This document shows, piece after piece, positions 47,520 through 57,595 of a stretch of DNA of 64,000 bases. Positions within the stretch are counted from its first letter, which is position 1. Every line of letters begins with the position of its first letter. The position numbers and the translations under genes were made by a program. The notes below the pieces were generated by a model, which was not told where the DNA came from, ran no database searches, and worked only from the letters and a program-made list of their open reading frames with translations. The stretch lies in assembly GCA_964594835.1 (NCBI GenBank), contig CAZQNA010000004.1, positions 106,450 through 170,449 of the forward strand. The letters are read 5' to 3'. Source of the DNA: an uncultured Nitrososphaerota archaeon. Its GTDB lineage: Archaea; Korarchaeota; Korarchaeia; Korarchaeales; Korarchaeaceae.

Positions 47520-49004
47520 CTATCCTCCCACGTACTTCCTCCTGACGTACCTCACGAAGCTCTCGGGGTCGATGTCCCCTCCCAGGGCGCGCCTCACCAG
47601 CTCCTTAGGCGAGTACACGGAGCCCCACCTCTGGATTCTCTCCCTCAGGAACTCCATGATCTCCCCAAATCGCCTCTGGGCTATCTTCTCACCCAGCCCC
47701 GGTATCTTGGATCCGAGCTGGGCGGCCAGGACCGTGCCCACGAAGTACGTCGGGAAGTAGCCCACGGACCCCAGGGACCAGTGGACGTCCTGAATGACGC
47801 CGTCCGCGTATCCCCTGGGCCTCACCCCTATCAGACGCTCCATCTCGTCGTTCCAGAACTCCGGAAGTTCCCTCACCCCGAGGGAGCCCTCCAGCACCGA
47901 CTTCTCGACCTCGTACCTCAGGTAGATGTGGAGGCCGTAGTGGACCTCGTCCGCCTCGACCCTGATCAGCTCGGGCCTCACCAGCGTGAAGTACTCGTAG
48001 ACATCCCCTGGCGCGTACCTCCTCAGGAACGGGAGGGCCAGGGCCATCTCGTGAAAGGTGGCCTCCACGAACTCCCTGCTCCTGCCGACCACGTTCTCCC
48101 AGAACCTCGACTGCGACTCGTGTATCCCGTATGAGGCTCCCTCCTGGACCGGCGTGGCCCAGTAAGACCTGTCTATGTTCATGTCGTACGTGGCGTGCCC
48201 GAACTCGTGCACCACTGCCAGCAGGGACCTCCTGAAGTCCCTCGGGTGGTACCACGTGGTGATCCGGACGTCGTCGAGACCTATCCCCGAGGTGAACGGG
48301 TGGGGGGACACGTCCATCCTGCCGCGGTTGAAGTCGAACCCGAGAACGTGGAGGATGTGCTCGTTCAGCCTGCGCATGGCCTCCCTGTCGTACTCCTCCC
48401 CCTCGAGCGGGTGCTCCCTCGGCCTCCCCTCGGTGATCCGCTTGAACAGGCAGGAGAGATCGTCCACCACGGAGAAGAGGCGCTCGCAGTCCTTCACCGT
48501 GAACCCCTCCTCGAACCTGTCCAGCAGGGCGTCGTACGGGTGGTCCTCGTACCCCAGGTACTCGGCCTTCCTCCTCTGGAGATCGAAGACCCTCTCCAGC
48601 GTGGGGGCGAACGACTGGAAGTCGTCCCTGCCCTTGGCCCTCACCCACTCGGTGTAGGCCCTGGTCGTCACCCTGGCCTCCTCCTCCACGAACTCGGGCG
48701 GGAGCTTGGCGTAGTACTCGATGTCCCTCTTCAGGACCCTGATCACGCCAGCCTCGAAGTCGTTGGCGGGCCTGGCGGACTCCACCAGGGACACGAACTC
48801 GGGGTGCGTCATGAGCCTCTGCACCATCCTCCGGAGGACGGCCCTCGCCTCTCCCCTCTCGACGGCCGAGCCAGGGGGCATGTACGTCTCCATGTCCCAG
48901 CCCATGAGCGAGAGGCCGTAGTAGACCGCCCACAGGTCCCTGTACCTTGAGAGGATCTCCCTGACCTCGGGGGTCTCGACGGGGGGCTTGAACTCTGCTT
49001 CCAT
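47520..49004 (-). CDS. carboxypeptidase Taq (M32)
   Basis: HPF, DVRITT, HEFGH, HESQSRFWEN, IRVEADE, QDVHW, GYFPTY. Confidence 0.95.
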   Translation of the reverse strand: MEAEFKPPVETPEVREILSRYRDLWAVYYGLSLMGWDMETYMPPGSAVERGEARAVLRRMVQRLMTHPEFVSLVESARPANDFEAGVIRVLKRDIEYYAKLPPEFVEEEARVTTRAYTEWVRAKGRDDFQSFAPTLERVFDLQRRKAEYLGYEDHPYDALLDRFEEGFTVKDCERLFSVVDDLSCLFKRITEGRPREHPLEGEEYDREAMRRLNEHILHVLGFDFNRGRMDVSPHPFTSGIGLDDVRITTWYHPRDFRRSLLAVVHEFGHATYDMNIDRSYWATPVQEGASYGIHESQSRFWENVVGRSREFVEATFHEMALALPFLRRYAPGDVYEYFTLVRPELIRVEADEVHYGLHIYLRYEVEKSVLEGSLGVRELPEFWNDEMERLIGVRPRGYADGVIQDVHWSLGSVGYFPTYFVGTVLAAQLGSKIPGLGEKIAQRRFGEIMEFLRERIQRWGSVYSPKELVRRALGGDIDPESFVRYVRRKYVGG

Positions 49005-49104
49005 GGCGGGTCGCGCCGTCCGCCTCTCCCAAGTAAAGGAGTTTGCCCCGAGCCGGGGCCCGGCGAGCTATAATATCGCCCCACCCCGTGACCCCGGAGA
49101 GGCC

Positions 49105-50076
49105 TTGGAGAGGTTCCCCGAGGGCGTCCTGAAGAGGTCGTTTGAGGAGAGGTACCGCAGGCTGATGGGGGAGGAGTACGCCGAGTTCCTCAGGTTCATG
49201 GCCACGAGGCCGATCCCCTCCATCCGCCTCAACCCGATGAGGGCGGATCCGGACGCCCTCAGGGCCAGGCTGGAGTCGAGGGGGTGGGTTCTGAGGCCGA
49301 TCCCCTGGTACGAGCACGGGTTCTGGGTCCTGAGGGGGCCTGAGAGGCTCGGAGCCACTCCAGAACATCAGCTGGGGCTCTACTACGTCCAGGAGGCCGC
49401 CTCCATGGTGCCGCCCGCGGCCCTCGCCCCGTCACCCGGGGAGAGGGTCTTGGACATTGCCGCGGCCCCGGGGTCCAAGACCACCCAGATGGCGGAGATG
49501 ATGGGGTGGAGGGGCGTCGTCCTGGCCAACGACTCGAACCCAGGCAGGGCAAACGCCCTCTCGGCCAACGTCCAGCGGATGGGCTGTCCGAACGTGGTCG
49601 TGACCGTCAGGGACGGGAGGCGCCTGCCAGAGGTCCTGGGGGAGGGGAGGTTCGACAGGGTGCTGGTCGACGCGCCCTGCTCGGCGGTCGGAGAGGCCAG
49701 GAGGAGCTGGGGATCCCTGCGGAGGTGGAGCCTGAGGGCCGTCAGGAGGATCTCTCGGCTCCAGACCTCGCTGGCCCTCGCCGGCTACAGGCTCCTGAAG
49801 CCCGGGGGGCTGATGGTCTACTCCACCTGCACCCTCGACCCGGAGGAGAACGAGTTCGTGGTTCAGAGGCTCGTCCAGGAGGGGGCCGAGCCCGTCAGGC
49901 CGAACCTGAGGGGTCTGAGGTCGAGGCCGGGCCTCACCAGGTGGGAGGGGGTCGAGCTCGACCCCTCGCTGGCGAGGACGCTCAGGATCTACCCTCAGGA
50001 CAACGACACCCAGGCGTTCTACGTCGCCCTCCTTCGGAAGCCCCTGGACGCCGGAGGGGGAGGTGCGCGGGTGTGA
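49105..50076 (+). CDS. RsmB/NOP2-family RNA m5C methyltransferase
   Basis: YVQEAASM, DIAAAPGSKT, VDAPCS, YSTCT..EENE; start set at TTG 49105. Confidence 0.92.
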   Translation: MERFPEGVLKRSFEERYRRLMGEEYAEFLRFMATRPIPSIRLNPMRADPDALRARLESRGWVLRPIPWYEHGFWVLRGPERLGATPEHQLGLYYVQEAASMVPPAALAPSPGERVLDIAAAPGSKTTQMAEMMGWRGVVLANDSNPGRANALSANVQRMGCPNVVVTVRDGRRLPEVLGEGRFDRVLVDAPCSAVGEARRSWGSLRRWSLRAVRRISRLQTSLALAGYRLLKPGGLMVYSTCTLDPEENEFVVQRLVQEGAEPVRPNLRGLRSRPGLTRWEGVELDPSLARTLRIYPQDNDTQAFYVALLRKPLDAGGGGARV

Positions 50077-50567
50077 GCGGGCGGGACAGGGAGGACAGGC
50101 TGCTCTCCGCGCTGAGGGAGAGGTTCGGGATAGAGGGGATGCCGGAGGGGCTTTCGCTCCTCGCCTCCGCGAAGAGGGCCAGGCTGGTCACGAGGGAGGC
50201 CCTAGAGTTCCTCGAGGTCGCCTCCGTGGCCGGGGTGTACGCGGCCAGGGAGACCCCCTTCGGCGTCCACCTCAGCATAGAGGGGACGGCGCTCCTCGGT
50301 CCGCTGGCCAAGAGGAACGTCGTGGGGATCCCCGAGGATCTCGTTGACGCCTGGATGTCGGGCTCCGACCTGGAGCTCGGCGGGCTCCCGGAGGTCGAGC
50401 CGGGCCCGGTCATCCTGAGGTGCGGGGAGGTGTACCTGGGCTCTGGGATCTACGACGGCCGGAGGATCAGGAACATGGTGTCCCGAGCCAGGAGGTCCGA
50501 GCCGGGGCAGGGGCTCATGGACTACGCCCTGAGGAGGGAGAAAGAGGAGGCGGGAGGGGAGGCCTGA
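50073..50567 (+). CDS. Nip7/RsmF C-terminal PUA-like protein
   Basis: ERFGI..GVY..LSIEG..A.RNVV..WMSG..YLGSG..IRNMV; GTG overlaps the methyltransferase stop. Confidence 0.7.
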   Translation: MSGRDREDRLLSALRERFGIEGMPEGLSLLASAKRARLVTREALEFLEVASVAGVYAARETPFGVHLSIEGTALLGPLAKRNVVGIPEDLVDAWMSGSDLELGGLPEVEPGPVILRCGEVYLGSGIYDGRRIRNMVSRARRSEPGQGLMDYALRREKEEAGGEA

Positions 50568-50576
50568 CGGCCCGGC

Positions 50577-53018
50577 TCAGAGGAGGTCGAACTCGAAGAC
50601 GTCCTCGGCCTCCTCGAGCTTGGCCAGCCTCTCGAGCACGAGCCTCCTCTCTATCCTGGCGACGAGCCTCCTGGTGCTGATCACCGCGTCCGGGTTGACG
50701 CTGATGCTGTCGATGCCAGCCCTGACCAGGAACTCGGTGAAGTCCGGGTAGACGCTCGGGGCCTGCCCGCAGATGCTGACGGTCCTGCCGTCCCTGTGAG
50801 CCACCTTGATCAGGTGCTGGATCATCCTCTTGATGGCGAGGTCCCTCTCGTCGAAGTACCTCGGATCTATCTTCGGTAGGACGCCGCTGTCCCTGTCGAC
50901 GCCCAGGGTCAGCTGGGTGAGGTCGTTGGAGCCTATGGAGTAGCCCTGGAAGTACCTGTTGAACTGGTCCGCGAGCACGACTATGCTGGGCACCTCGGCC
51001 ATGGCCCAGACCTGGAAGTCCCTGCCCGGCCTGAGGCCCTCGTCCTCCATGATGGCTATGGTCTTCTCTGCCTCCCAGACGGTCCTGACGAAGGGTATCA
51101 TGACCCAGACGTTCCTGAGGCCCTGCTCGTGGAGGGACCTGATGGCCCTGAGCTCCAGCCTGAAGGCGGGCTCGAACTCCTTGCTGATGTACCTGGAGGC
51201 GCCCCTCCAGCCTATCATGGGGTTGGCCTCCTCTGGCTCGTACTCGGCCCCTCCCTCCAGCTTGGCGTACTCGTTGGTCTTGAAGTCGCTGAGCCTGACG
51301 ACGACCGGCCTCGGGTAGATGGCCCTGGCCACCGTGCCTATGCCCTCTGCGAGCTTCTCGACGTAGAAGTCCTCCTTGCCTATGGACATGGCGTAGAGCG
51401 GGTGCATCTTGATCCAGCTGGCTATGATGAACTCGATCCTCATGAGGCCGATCCCGTCGATGGGCAGGTCCTTGTACTGCTCGATCTTCTCGGGGATGCC
51501 GAGGTTCATGTAGATCTTGGTCCCGGTGACCGGGATCTCGAGCGTGGGGCCGGCCACTATCACGGCCTCTCCCGCGGCCGTGGGCGCGGCAGGCTTCTTG
51601 ATGAGGTCCTCCCTGACCCCCTCGTACACCACGCCGGTACCGCCGTCGACCGTGTACTTCTTCCCCGTCTGGAGGACCTGGGTGGCCTTCCCGGTCCCGA
51701 CTATGCACGGGATGCCCAGCTCCCTGCTGACTATGGCGGCGTGGCTGGTCATGCCTCCCTCGTCGGTCACTATGGCGCTCACGATCTTCATGTAGGGCTC
51801 CCAGTCCGGCGTGGTCATCTTGGTCACGAGGACGTCGCCCTCCTTGATCATCTGGGCGGCCTCGTCGACCGTGAGGGCGACCTTGGCCACGCCCGCGGCC
51901 ACTCCGGGGCTGGCCGGGAGGCCCTTCAGGACCGGCTCACCCTTGGCCGCCTCGACCTCCTCCACGGCGGCCGAGGACCCGGACCCCGCCTCGGCCTCGA
52001 CGGCCTTGAGGCTGTAGACCGTCTCCGGCCTGGCCTGAAGGATGAACACGTTCTCGGGCCACTGGAAGTCCTTGTCTATCGCCCACTCGACGTCCATGGG
52101 CCTTCCGTAGTGCTCCTCTATCTTCACTCCATACTCAGCGAGCTTCCTGATCTCCTGATCCGACAGGGAGAACTGCTGGCGCCTGTCGGGCTCTACCTCC
52201 CTCTCCTCCGTCCCTCCGTTCGAGAGCATCACTATCTCGATCCTCTTGTCCCCAAGGTGCTTCTCCTTTATCTCCAGCGTCTCCTTGTCGACCACGAAGG
52301 TGTCCGGCGTGACCTTCCCGCCCACGACAGTCTCGCCGAGCCCGTAGCTCGACTCGATGACCAGCTCGTCCATGGCGCCCGTCACCGGGTTGATTGTGAA
52401 CATGACGCCGGCGCTCCTGGAGTTGACCATCTTCTGGACGGCCACGGAGATCAACACGTCCTCGTGCCTGAACCCCTTGTCCTCCCTGTAGGATATGGCC
52501 CTCGCCGTGAACAGGCTGGACCAGCACCTCCTCACCTTGTCGATGAGGTCGTCCTCGCCCCTTATGCCGAGGTAGGTGTCCTGCTGGCCCGCGAAGCTGG
52601 CGTCCGGAAGGTCCTCCGCCGTGGCCGAGCTCCTGGCCGCGACGAGCGGGTTGGGGATGCCTATGAGGTCTCCCAGCCTCCGGTAAGCAGCCTTTATGGC
52701 CTGCTCGATGTCCTCGGGGATGGGCGTGCTCTCTATGAGCTGCCGGATCCGCCTGGACGCCTCCTGGTACTCCTGAGGCTTCTTCTCCTTCACGACCTCC
52801 TTTATGATCCTGTAGATCTCGTGGGCGATCCCGGTCTCGGTTATGAACCTCTGGTACGCGTAGGCGGTGACCGCGAACCCTGGGGGAACGGGGAGGCCGA
52901 AAGACCTCATCTCTCCCAGGTTGGCCACCTTGCCCCCGACGAGGGGGACGTCCTCCTTGCGCACCTCGTCGAACCACAGGACGAGTGCCCTCTCCTTGGC
53001 CTGACCCAAGTAACCCAC
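50577..53018 (-). CDS. ppsA: phosphoenolpyruvate synthase
   Basis: VGGKVANLGE, RSSATAEDLPDASFAGQ, TSHAAIVSRELG, EANPMIGWRG, SIGSNDLTQ, CGQAPS; start GTG 53018 or TTG 53009. Confidence 0.96.
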   Translation of the reverse strand: MGYLGQAKERALVLWFDEVRKEDVPLVGGKVANLGEMRSFGLPVPPGFAVTAYAYQRFITETGIAHEIYRIIKEVVKEKKPQEYQEASRRIRQLIESTPIPEDIEQAIKAAYRRLGDLIGIPNPLVAARSSATAEDLPDASFAGQQDTYLGIRGEDDLIDKVRRCWSSLFTARAISYREDKGFRHEDVLISVAVQKMVNSRSAGVMFTINPVTGAMDELVIESSYGLGETVVGGKVTPDTFVVDKETLEIKEKHLGDKRIEIVMLSNGGTEEREVEPDRRQQFSLSDQEIRKLAEYGVKIEEHYGRPMDVEWAIDKDFQWPENVFILQARPETVYSLKAVEAEAGSGSSAAVEEVEAAKGEPVLKGLPASPGVAAGVAKVALTVDEAAQMIKEGDVLVTKMTTPDWEPYMKIVSAIVTDEGGMTSHAAIVSRELGIPCIVGTGKATQVLQTGKKYTVDGGTGVVYEGVREDLIKKPAAPTAAGEAVIVAGPTLEIPVTGTKIYMNLGIPEKIEQYKDLPIDGIGLMRIEFIIASWIKMHPLYAMSIGKEDFYVEKLAEGIGTVARAIYPRPVVVRLSDFKTNEYAKLEGGAEYEPEEANPMIGWRGASRYISKEFEPAFRLELRAIRSLHEQGLRNVWVMIPFVRTVWEAEKTIAIMEDEGLRPGRDFQVWAMAEVPSIVVLADQFNRYFQGYSIGSNDLTQLTLGVDRDSGVLPKIDPRYFDERDLAIKRMIQHLIKVAHRDGRTVSICGQAPSVYPDFTEFLVRAGIDSISVNPDAVISTRRLVARIERRLVLERLAKLEEAEDVFEFDLL

Positions 53019-53117
53019 CGCACGGCTGCGGTCAACCACGCTTATAAAGGATTTTGATCGATCCACGGCGCGCCCCAACCGGCCCAGAAGCCCGCTCCGA
53101 CCCGAGATCGGCCCAGA

Positions 53118-53920
53118 TCATCCCTCAGGGCGGCCTCGTCTGGCCCTGGATATCGTGATCCCGTCCCCTACCCCCAGCCCTGAGGCGGCCGAGGCGCTGG
53201 CCATGTTCGAGGCGACCTCCATCAGGCCGACGCTCCCCCTCACCAGGAGGAGCCCCCCCTTCCCCCCTCCGCAAAGCACTCCGCCATTCTGACCGTCCAC
53301 TCCCGCCCCAGGGCCCTCAGGCAGAGGTCCTCCCCGCACCAGTCGGGAAGCCCGTCCGCGGGCACGTTGGTCACCAGGTTCCCGAACCTGTCCACGTGGA
53401 TCACCTCGCCCTGCACAGAGTCGGACGAGACCTTCGCCACCCTGACCGTCAGCCTCCTCATCTCCCGTAAGGCCGGGCCGAGCTCCCCGATCGGGGCGCC
53501 GGCCGCCAGCCGACCCGCGGCCGGGGCGACGAGGAACCTCCCATCGAACGTTCGGGCCCGCCCGGGGTTCCCCGAGAAGGCCTCGACCGCCCTGACCTCC
53601 TCTACTCCGAGGGACTCCGCCGCCATGTAGAGGAGGCCGTTGTCCGGCCCCACGAGGTAGTGCCCGCCAGCCCTGACGGCTACGACCCTCCCCACCCCGG
53701 TCTCCGGGAAGACCACGGCCGCGTGCACGGTTCCCTCGGGGAAGCAGGGCGCGGCCTGCCACAGTATGAGGGAGGCCCCCCTCACGTTGAAGGGCTCCAG
53801 GTCGTGGGTCACGTCGACTATGCGGGCGTCCGGACACTCCCTTAGGATGGCCCCCTTGACGCCCGCCGCGTGGTAGTCGCGAGTTCCAAAGTCCGTGGTC
53901 AGGGTGACTAGCTTTGACAA
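53118..53920 (-). pseudogene. DUF62 / SAM hydrolase-halogenase family gene with a frameshift near 53253-53267
   Basis: TLTTDFG, GPDNG, HVDRFGN; the family C-terminus (LLLVRGSVGLMEVASNMASA..LGVGD) continues in another frame after a G7 run. Confidence 0.8.
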
Positions 53921-54565
53921 CGGGAGGGGCCTTCGGCCGACCGGCCGCCGGGTGGTAATAAGGGGGGCGGGCCCGGCGGGGGGACTGAGAACCCCTCCCT
54001 CCGCCGGATCGTCCGTCAGGACAGGATCAGCCTGACGCGGGCCCCGGGGCGGAGGCCGAGGAGCTCCGCCGCGCTGCCCCTCCTCACGGAGAGTTCGAGG
54101 AGTCCGCTGCTCCCGGGGATCAGGAGGAGTTCCCGGGGGCCGCCCTCCTCGTAGTGGGAGGCGAGCCTGGCCTCAAGGGCCTCCCCTCCCTCCGGCTCCA
54201 CCGTAAGGCGGTGCGGGAGGTCCGGGGGGAGCGCGTCGAGGGGGACATCCAGGACGACGTTTCCGAACCTGTCCACGTGGAGGACGTGGCCCGCTATAGA
54301 GTCCACCCCGACCTCGTACCTGAATAGCTCTAAGCGGACGAGCCCGTCCTTCCTCGGCCCGACCCTCTCCATCGGGACGCCAGACACCAGGTGGGCAGCC
54401 ACCGGGGCGAACACGTCTCGTCCGTCGAAGGTTCCGGACCTGGGGAGGGTAAGCTCACCCTCCCCTATCCTCCTGACCTCCTCGATCCCCAGGGAGGCCG
54501 CTGCGGGGTACAGGGCCCCGTTGTCCGGCCCCACGAGGTAGTGCCCGCCAGCCCTGACGGCTACG
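53637..54565. repeat. 48-bp exact direct repeat shared by the two DUF62 genes (53637-53684 and 54518-54565)
   Basis: CCGTTGTCCGGCCCCACGAGGTAGTGCCCGCCAGCCCTGACGGCTACG occurs in both. Confidence 0.9.
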
Positions 54566-54804
54566 GCGTCCCTCTCGCTCCCGACACCCGGGTCGACGAC
54601 CAGCACGTGCACCGTCCCCCTGGGGAACCACCTGACGGCCTGCCAGAGGACGAAGGCCCCCTCAAGTATGGAGAAGGGCGTGATCCGGTGGGTCACGTCG
54701 ACTATCTGCGCCTCCGGGGCTATGCCCAGGATGACCCCCTTCATGGCCGAGACGTAGTAGTCCCTGTCGCCGAAGTCCGTCAGCAGCGTGATTATCGGCC
54801 TCAA
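54016..54804 (-). CDS. DUF62 / SAM hydroxide adenosyltransferase family protein
   Basis: TLLTDFG, VVDPGVGSER, GPDNG, TFDGRDVF, HVDRFGN, GSSGLLEL. Confidence 0.92.
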   Translation of the reverse strand: MRPIITLLTDFGDRDYYVSAMKGVILGIAPEAQIVDVTHRITPFSILEGAFVLWQAVRWFPRGTVHVLVVDPGVGSERDAVAVRAGGHYLVGPDNGALYPAAASLGIEEVRRIGEGELTLPRSGTFDGRDVFAPVAAHLVSGVPMERVGPRKDGLVRLELFRYEVGVDSIAGHVLHVDRFGNVVLDVPLDALPPDLPHRLTVEPEGGEALEARLASHYEEGGPRELLLIPGSSGLLELSVRRGSAAELLGLRPGARVRLILS

Positions 54805-54827
54805 CGCCCCTCCCCCGAGATCTTCGG

Positions 54828-55715
54828 CTACCCAGAACCCCTCTCAGCCCCCGTCTTCCTGAGCCACTCCTTCACCATCTCGAGCAGCTCCACTGGCAGC
54901 AGGATCTTCGTCGACTCGCCAGCGCCTATGGCCTTGAGCCCCTCCAGGTACTGGAGCTTCATGGTGTTCTCGTCCAGCTCCTTGGCCACCTCCGATATGG
55001 TCTTCAGGGCTATGGAGTAGCCCTCGGCCCTGAGTATCGCGGCCTGCCTGTCTCCCTCGGCCTTCAGTATCGCGGCCTGCTTCTCGCCCTCGGCCACCCT
55101 TATGGCCGCCTCCTTCTTGCCCTCCGCCTCGGTCACCATGGCCCTCCTGTTCCTCTCCGCCGCCATCTGCTTGATCATGGCCTCCTGGACCGGCCTGGGC
55201 GGCAGGATCTCCCTGATCTCCACGTTGGTTATCTTGACGCCCCACCTCTCGGTGACCTCGTCCAGCTTGACCCTCAGGATGTTGTTGATCTCGTCCCTCT
55301 TGGCCAGGACCTCGTCCAGGAGCATCTCGCCTATGACGGCCCTCAGGGTCGTCGTGGCTATCCCTATCGCGGCCCCCCTGAAGTCGGAGACGTTGAGGAC
55401 CGACGCCGCCGGGTCGACGACCTTGTAGTAGACGATGAAGTCTATGTCGGTCGGGGCGTTGTCCTTGGTTATGCAGGTCTGGTGCGGCACGGTGAAGTAA
55501 CTCTCCCTCAGGTCGACCCAGAGCAGCTGGTCGATTATCGGGATCCTGAAGACTATCCCCGGACCCCTGACGCCGATGAACCTGCCGAGCCTCAGTATGA
55601 CCAGCCGCTTGAACTCCGGGACTATCTTGATGGCCGAGGCCACGAGGGCCACGACCACAAGGGCCACGATTATCAGGAACAGGTCCCCGAACACCGCCTC
55701 CACCGGCTGGAGCAT
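54828..55715 (-). CDS. SPFH/band 7 (stomatin/QmcA-like) protein
   Basis: N-terminal TM, RLGR, ITKDN, TTLRAVIG, WGVKI, QMAAER, AEG repeats. Confidence 0.95.
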   Translation of the reverse strand: MLQPVEAVFGDLFLIIVALVVVALVASAIKIVPEFKRLVILRLGRFIGVRGPGIVFRIPIIDQLLWVDLRESYFTVPHQTCITKDNAPTDIDFIVYYKVVDPAASVLNVSDFRGAAIGIATTTLRAVIGEMLLDEVLAKRDEINNILRVKLDEVTERWGVKITNVEIREILPPRPVQEAMIKQMAAERNRRAMVTEAEGKKEAAIRVAEGEKQAAILKAEGDRQAAILRAEGYSIALKTISEVAKELDENTMKLQYLEGLKAIGAGESTKILLPVELLEMVKEWLRKTGAERGSG

Positions 55716-55734
55716 CCAAACACCCCCTCAACCC

Positions 55735-56967
55735 TCAGCTTGCCCTCGCCCTCCTCACCACGAGCTTGAACCCCTCCACCCCGGCCACCTCCACGGCCTC
55801 CCCCTCTTCCACCTCCTCCCCCGACTCCGAGACCGCGGTCCACAGCTCGGAGCCCACCAAGACCACCCCCTCGCCGCCCGGGGGTATCCTCCTCTTTATC
55901 ACCCCCCTCCTCCCGACGAGCTCGCTGAGGTCCCCCCACACCCTCCTGAGCCTGAGGGTCTCCCTTATCTTGTAGAGGTAGAACCCGACGACGCCGGACG
56001 CGATGACGAGCCCCGCTACGGTGGCCCCGACGCTCACGCCGGCCTCAAGGAGTGGGCTGGACCTGTAGACCATCATGAGCCCCACGGAGGTCATGAGCGC
56101 CCCTGTGAGGGCCAGGGCCCCGTGGCCCGTCTTCAGCTCCAGGAACATGGTCACGACGCCAGCCAGCATCAGGGCCGCGGCGGCCAGGCCCACCCCCATG
56201 AGCCCCATCCCGGCCAGGCCCAAGACCAGGAGGCCCGTCCCGACGCCCTCCATGACGAATGTGGGGTGGGAGAGGCCGGCCAGCAGGAGGAGCCCCCCGA
56301 AGATCACCAGCGCCCAGGCATGGAGGGGCTCTGTTATCAGGATCAGGATGGCCGTCCGCGGGCTTGGGGTCACCTCGGCCGCCGGGGCGGGCCAGCCCAG
56401 CTCGACTAGGAACTCGTCCAGCGTGGCCGCGACGTGCTCCACCACGCCGAGCCTGAGGGCCTCCTCGGCGGAGAGGGCCAGGTTCTCCTTCACGAAGGCT
56501 TCCGCGGCCGTGGAGTTCCTCCCGGAACTCTCGGCCAGGCTCCTGAGCCAGCTCGCCACGGCGTTGGCCACCTTCTCGTCGTAGGGCCTGGGCTCAGCGG
56601 CCCCCAAGGCGGAGCCCGGCCCCATCCCGGCGTGGTCCGAGGCCATGAATATTATCGAGCCGGCGGAGAAGGCTCTCCCGCCCGGGGGGACGTAGACCGC
56701 GACGGGGACGCTGGCCTCCCTGATGGCGAGGACCACGTCCTCTGTGGCGGAGAGGAAGCCCCCGTCCGTGTTCAGGGATATGACCACGCCCGTCGCGTTG
56801 ATGGACTCGGCGTACTCCAGCGTCTCCCTGATGTAGTCCGCGACCCCCTGGGTTATGGGACCATCGACCGTCGCCTGGACGACCACCTCGCCGGGGGAGC
56901 CCAGGGCGGCGAACAGGGGGATCAGGGCGAGGGGCAGGAGGAGGGCGACAATCAGGCTCTTGGTCAT
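55735..56967 (-). CDS. long-form NfeD membrane-bound serine protease (stomatin operon partner)
   Basis: NTDGG, AFSAG, LGAAEP, GRN, TM region, C-terminal OB fold with ELW.A. Confidence 0.92.
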   Translation of the reverse strand: MTKSLIVALLLPLALIPLFAALGSPGEVVVQATVDGPITQGVADYIRETLEYAESINATGVVISLNTDGGFLSATEDVVLAIREASVPVAVYVPPGGRAFSAGSIIFMASDHAGMGPGSALGAAEPRPYDEKVANAVASWLRSLAESSGRNSTAAEAFVKENLALSAEEALRLGVVEHVAATLDEFLVELGWPAPAAEVTPSPRTAILILITEPLHAWALVIFGGLLLLAGLSHPTFVMEGVGTGLLVLGLAGMGLMGVGLAAAALMLAGVVTMFLELKTGHGALALTGALMTSVGLMMVYRSSPLLEAGVSVGATVAGLVIASGVVGFYLYKIRETLRLRRVWGDLSELVGRRGVIKRRIPPGGEGVVLVGSELWTAVSESGEEVEEGEAVEVAGVEGFKLVVRRARAS

Positions 56968-57019
56968 GGGGCCTAAGTCTGGGGGAGCGCCCGGCGTAAT
57001 AAACCTGATCCCGCCCCCC

Positions 57020-57595
57020 TCAGCCCCCTCCGGCCGGCAGGGGTATGGAGGCCAGGGTCTCGTATATGGGCCCCCTGGGGGTCAGGGTGCTCTTCTTCAC
57101 CCTGATCTCCCTCACCTCAATCTCGCCGAACTCTGTGGACGTCAGCGAGGAGAGCACCCTCCTGAGCGCCTCCCTGTCTCTGAGCCACTTGACCCTGGCG
57201 ATCGTCAGGTGGGGGTGAGGCTCCCTCTCCTCCCTCGGAAAGCCGAGCCTCCTCAGCCTGGAGTCCACCCACCTCATCAGTCCGATCAGCTCCTCCCTAC
57301 CCTCCTCGAAGCCCACCCATATCACCCTGGGCCGGCTCACGCTGGGGAAGGCCCCGACGCCGAAGAGCCTGGCCCTGAAGGGGCCCACCTCAGGCCCGCT
57401 CAGGAGCCTCACCACCTCGGGTATCGCGGCCTCGTCCACCCCCCCGAGGAACTTCAGGGTGACGTGGAGGTTCTCCGGCTCGACCAGCTTCACGCCGTTG
57501 TCCGTCTCCTGGATGCCCCTCTGGACCTCGGCTATCCTGGCGGCGACCTCGGGGTGCTCCAGGTCCACGGCAACGAAGGTCCTGATCCTCCCCAT
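57020..57595 (-). CDS. thpR: RNA 2',3'-cyclic phosphodiesterase (2H family)
   Basis: RTFVAV, HVTLKFLG, PRVIWVG, HLTIARVK, STLTPRGPIY. Confidence 0.95.
   Translation of the reverse strand: MGRIRTFVAVDLEHPEVAARIAEVQRGIQETDNGVKLVEPENLHVTLKFLGGVDEAAIPEVVRLLSGPEVGPFRARLFGVGAFPSVSRPRVIWVGFEEGREELIGLMRWVDSRLRRLGFPREEREPHPHLTIARVKWLRDREALRRVLSSLTSTEFGEIEVREIRVKKSTLTPRGPIYETLASIPLPAGGG

Noticed and set aside
49105-50567. Frameshift-split RsmF
   Set aside because: The GTGA overlap with an upstream GGAGG indicates two coupled genes; separate Nop2-like and Nip7/PUA-like genes are known in archaea.
51129-53057. Long antisense or alternate-frame ORFs (e.g. 642 aa here, 539 aa at 29564, 559 aa at 47689)
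   Set aside because: Shadow ORFs of well-conserved genes, expected from high GC3 codon bias; they show no family motifs.
54828-56967. NfeD-SPFH pair as a novel system
   Set aside because: A well-known conserved operon.
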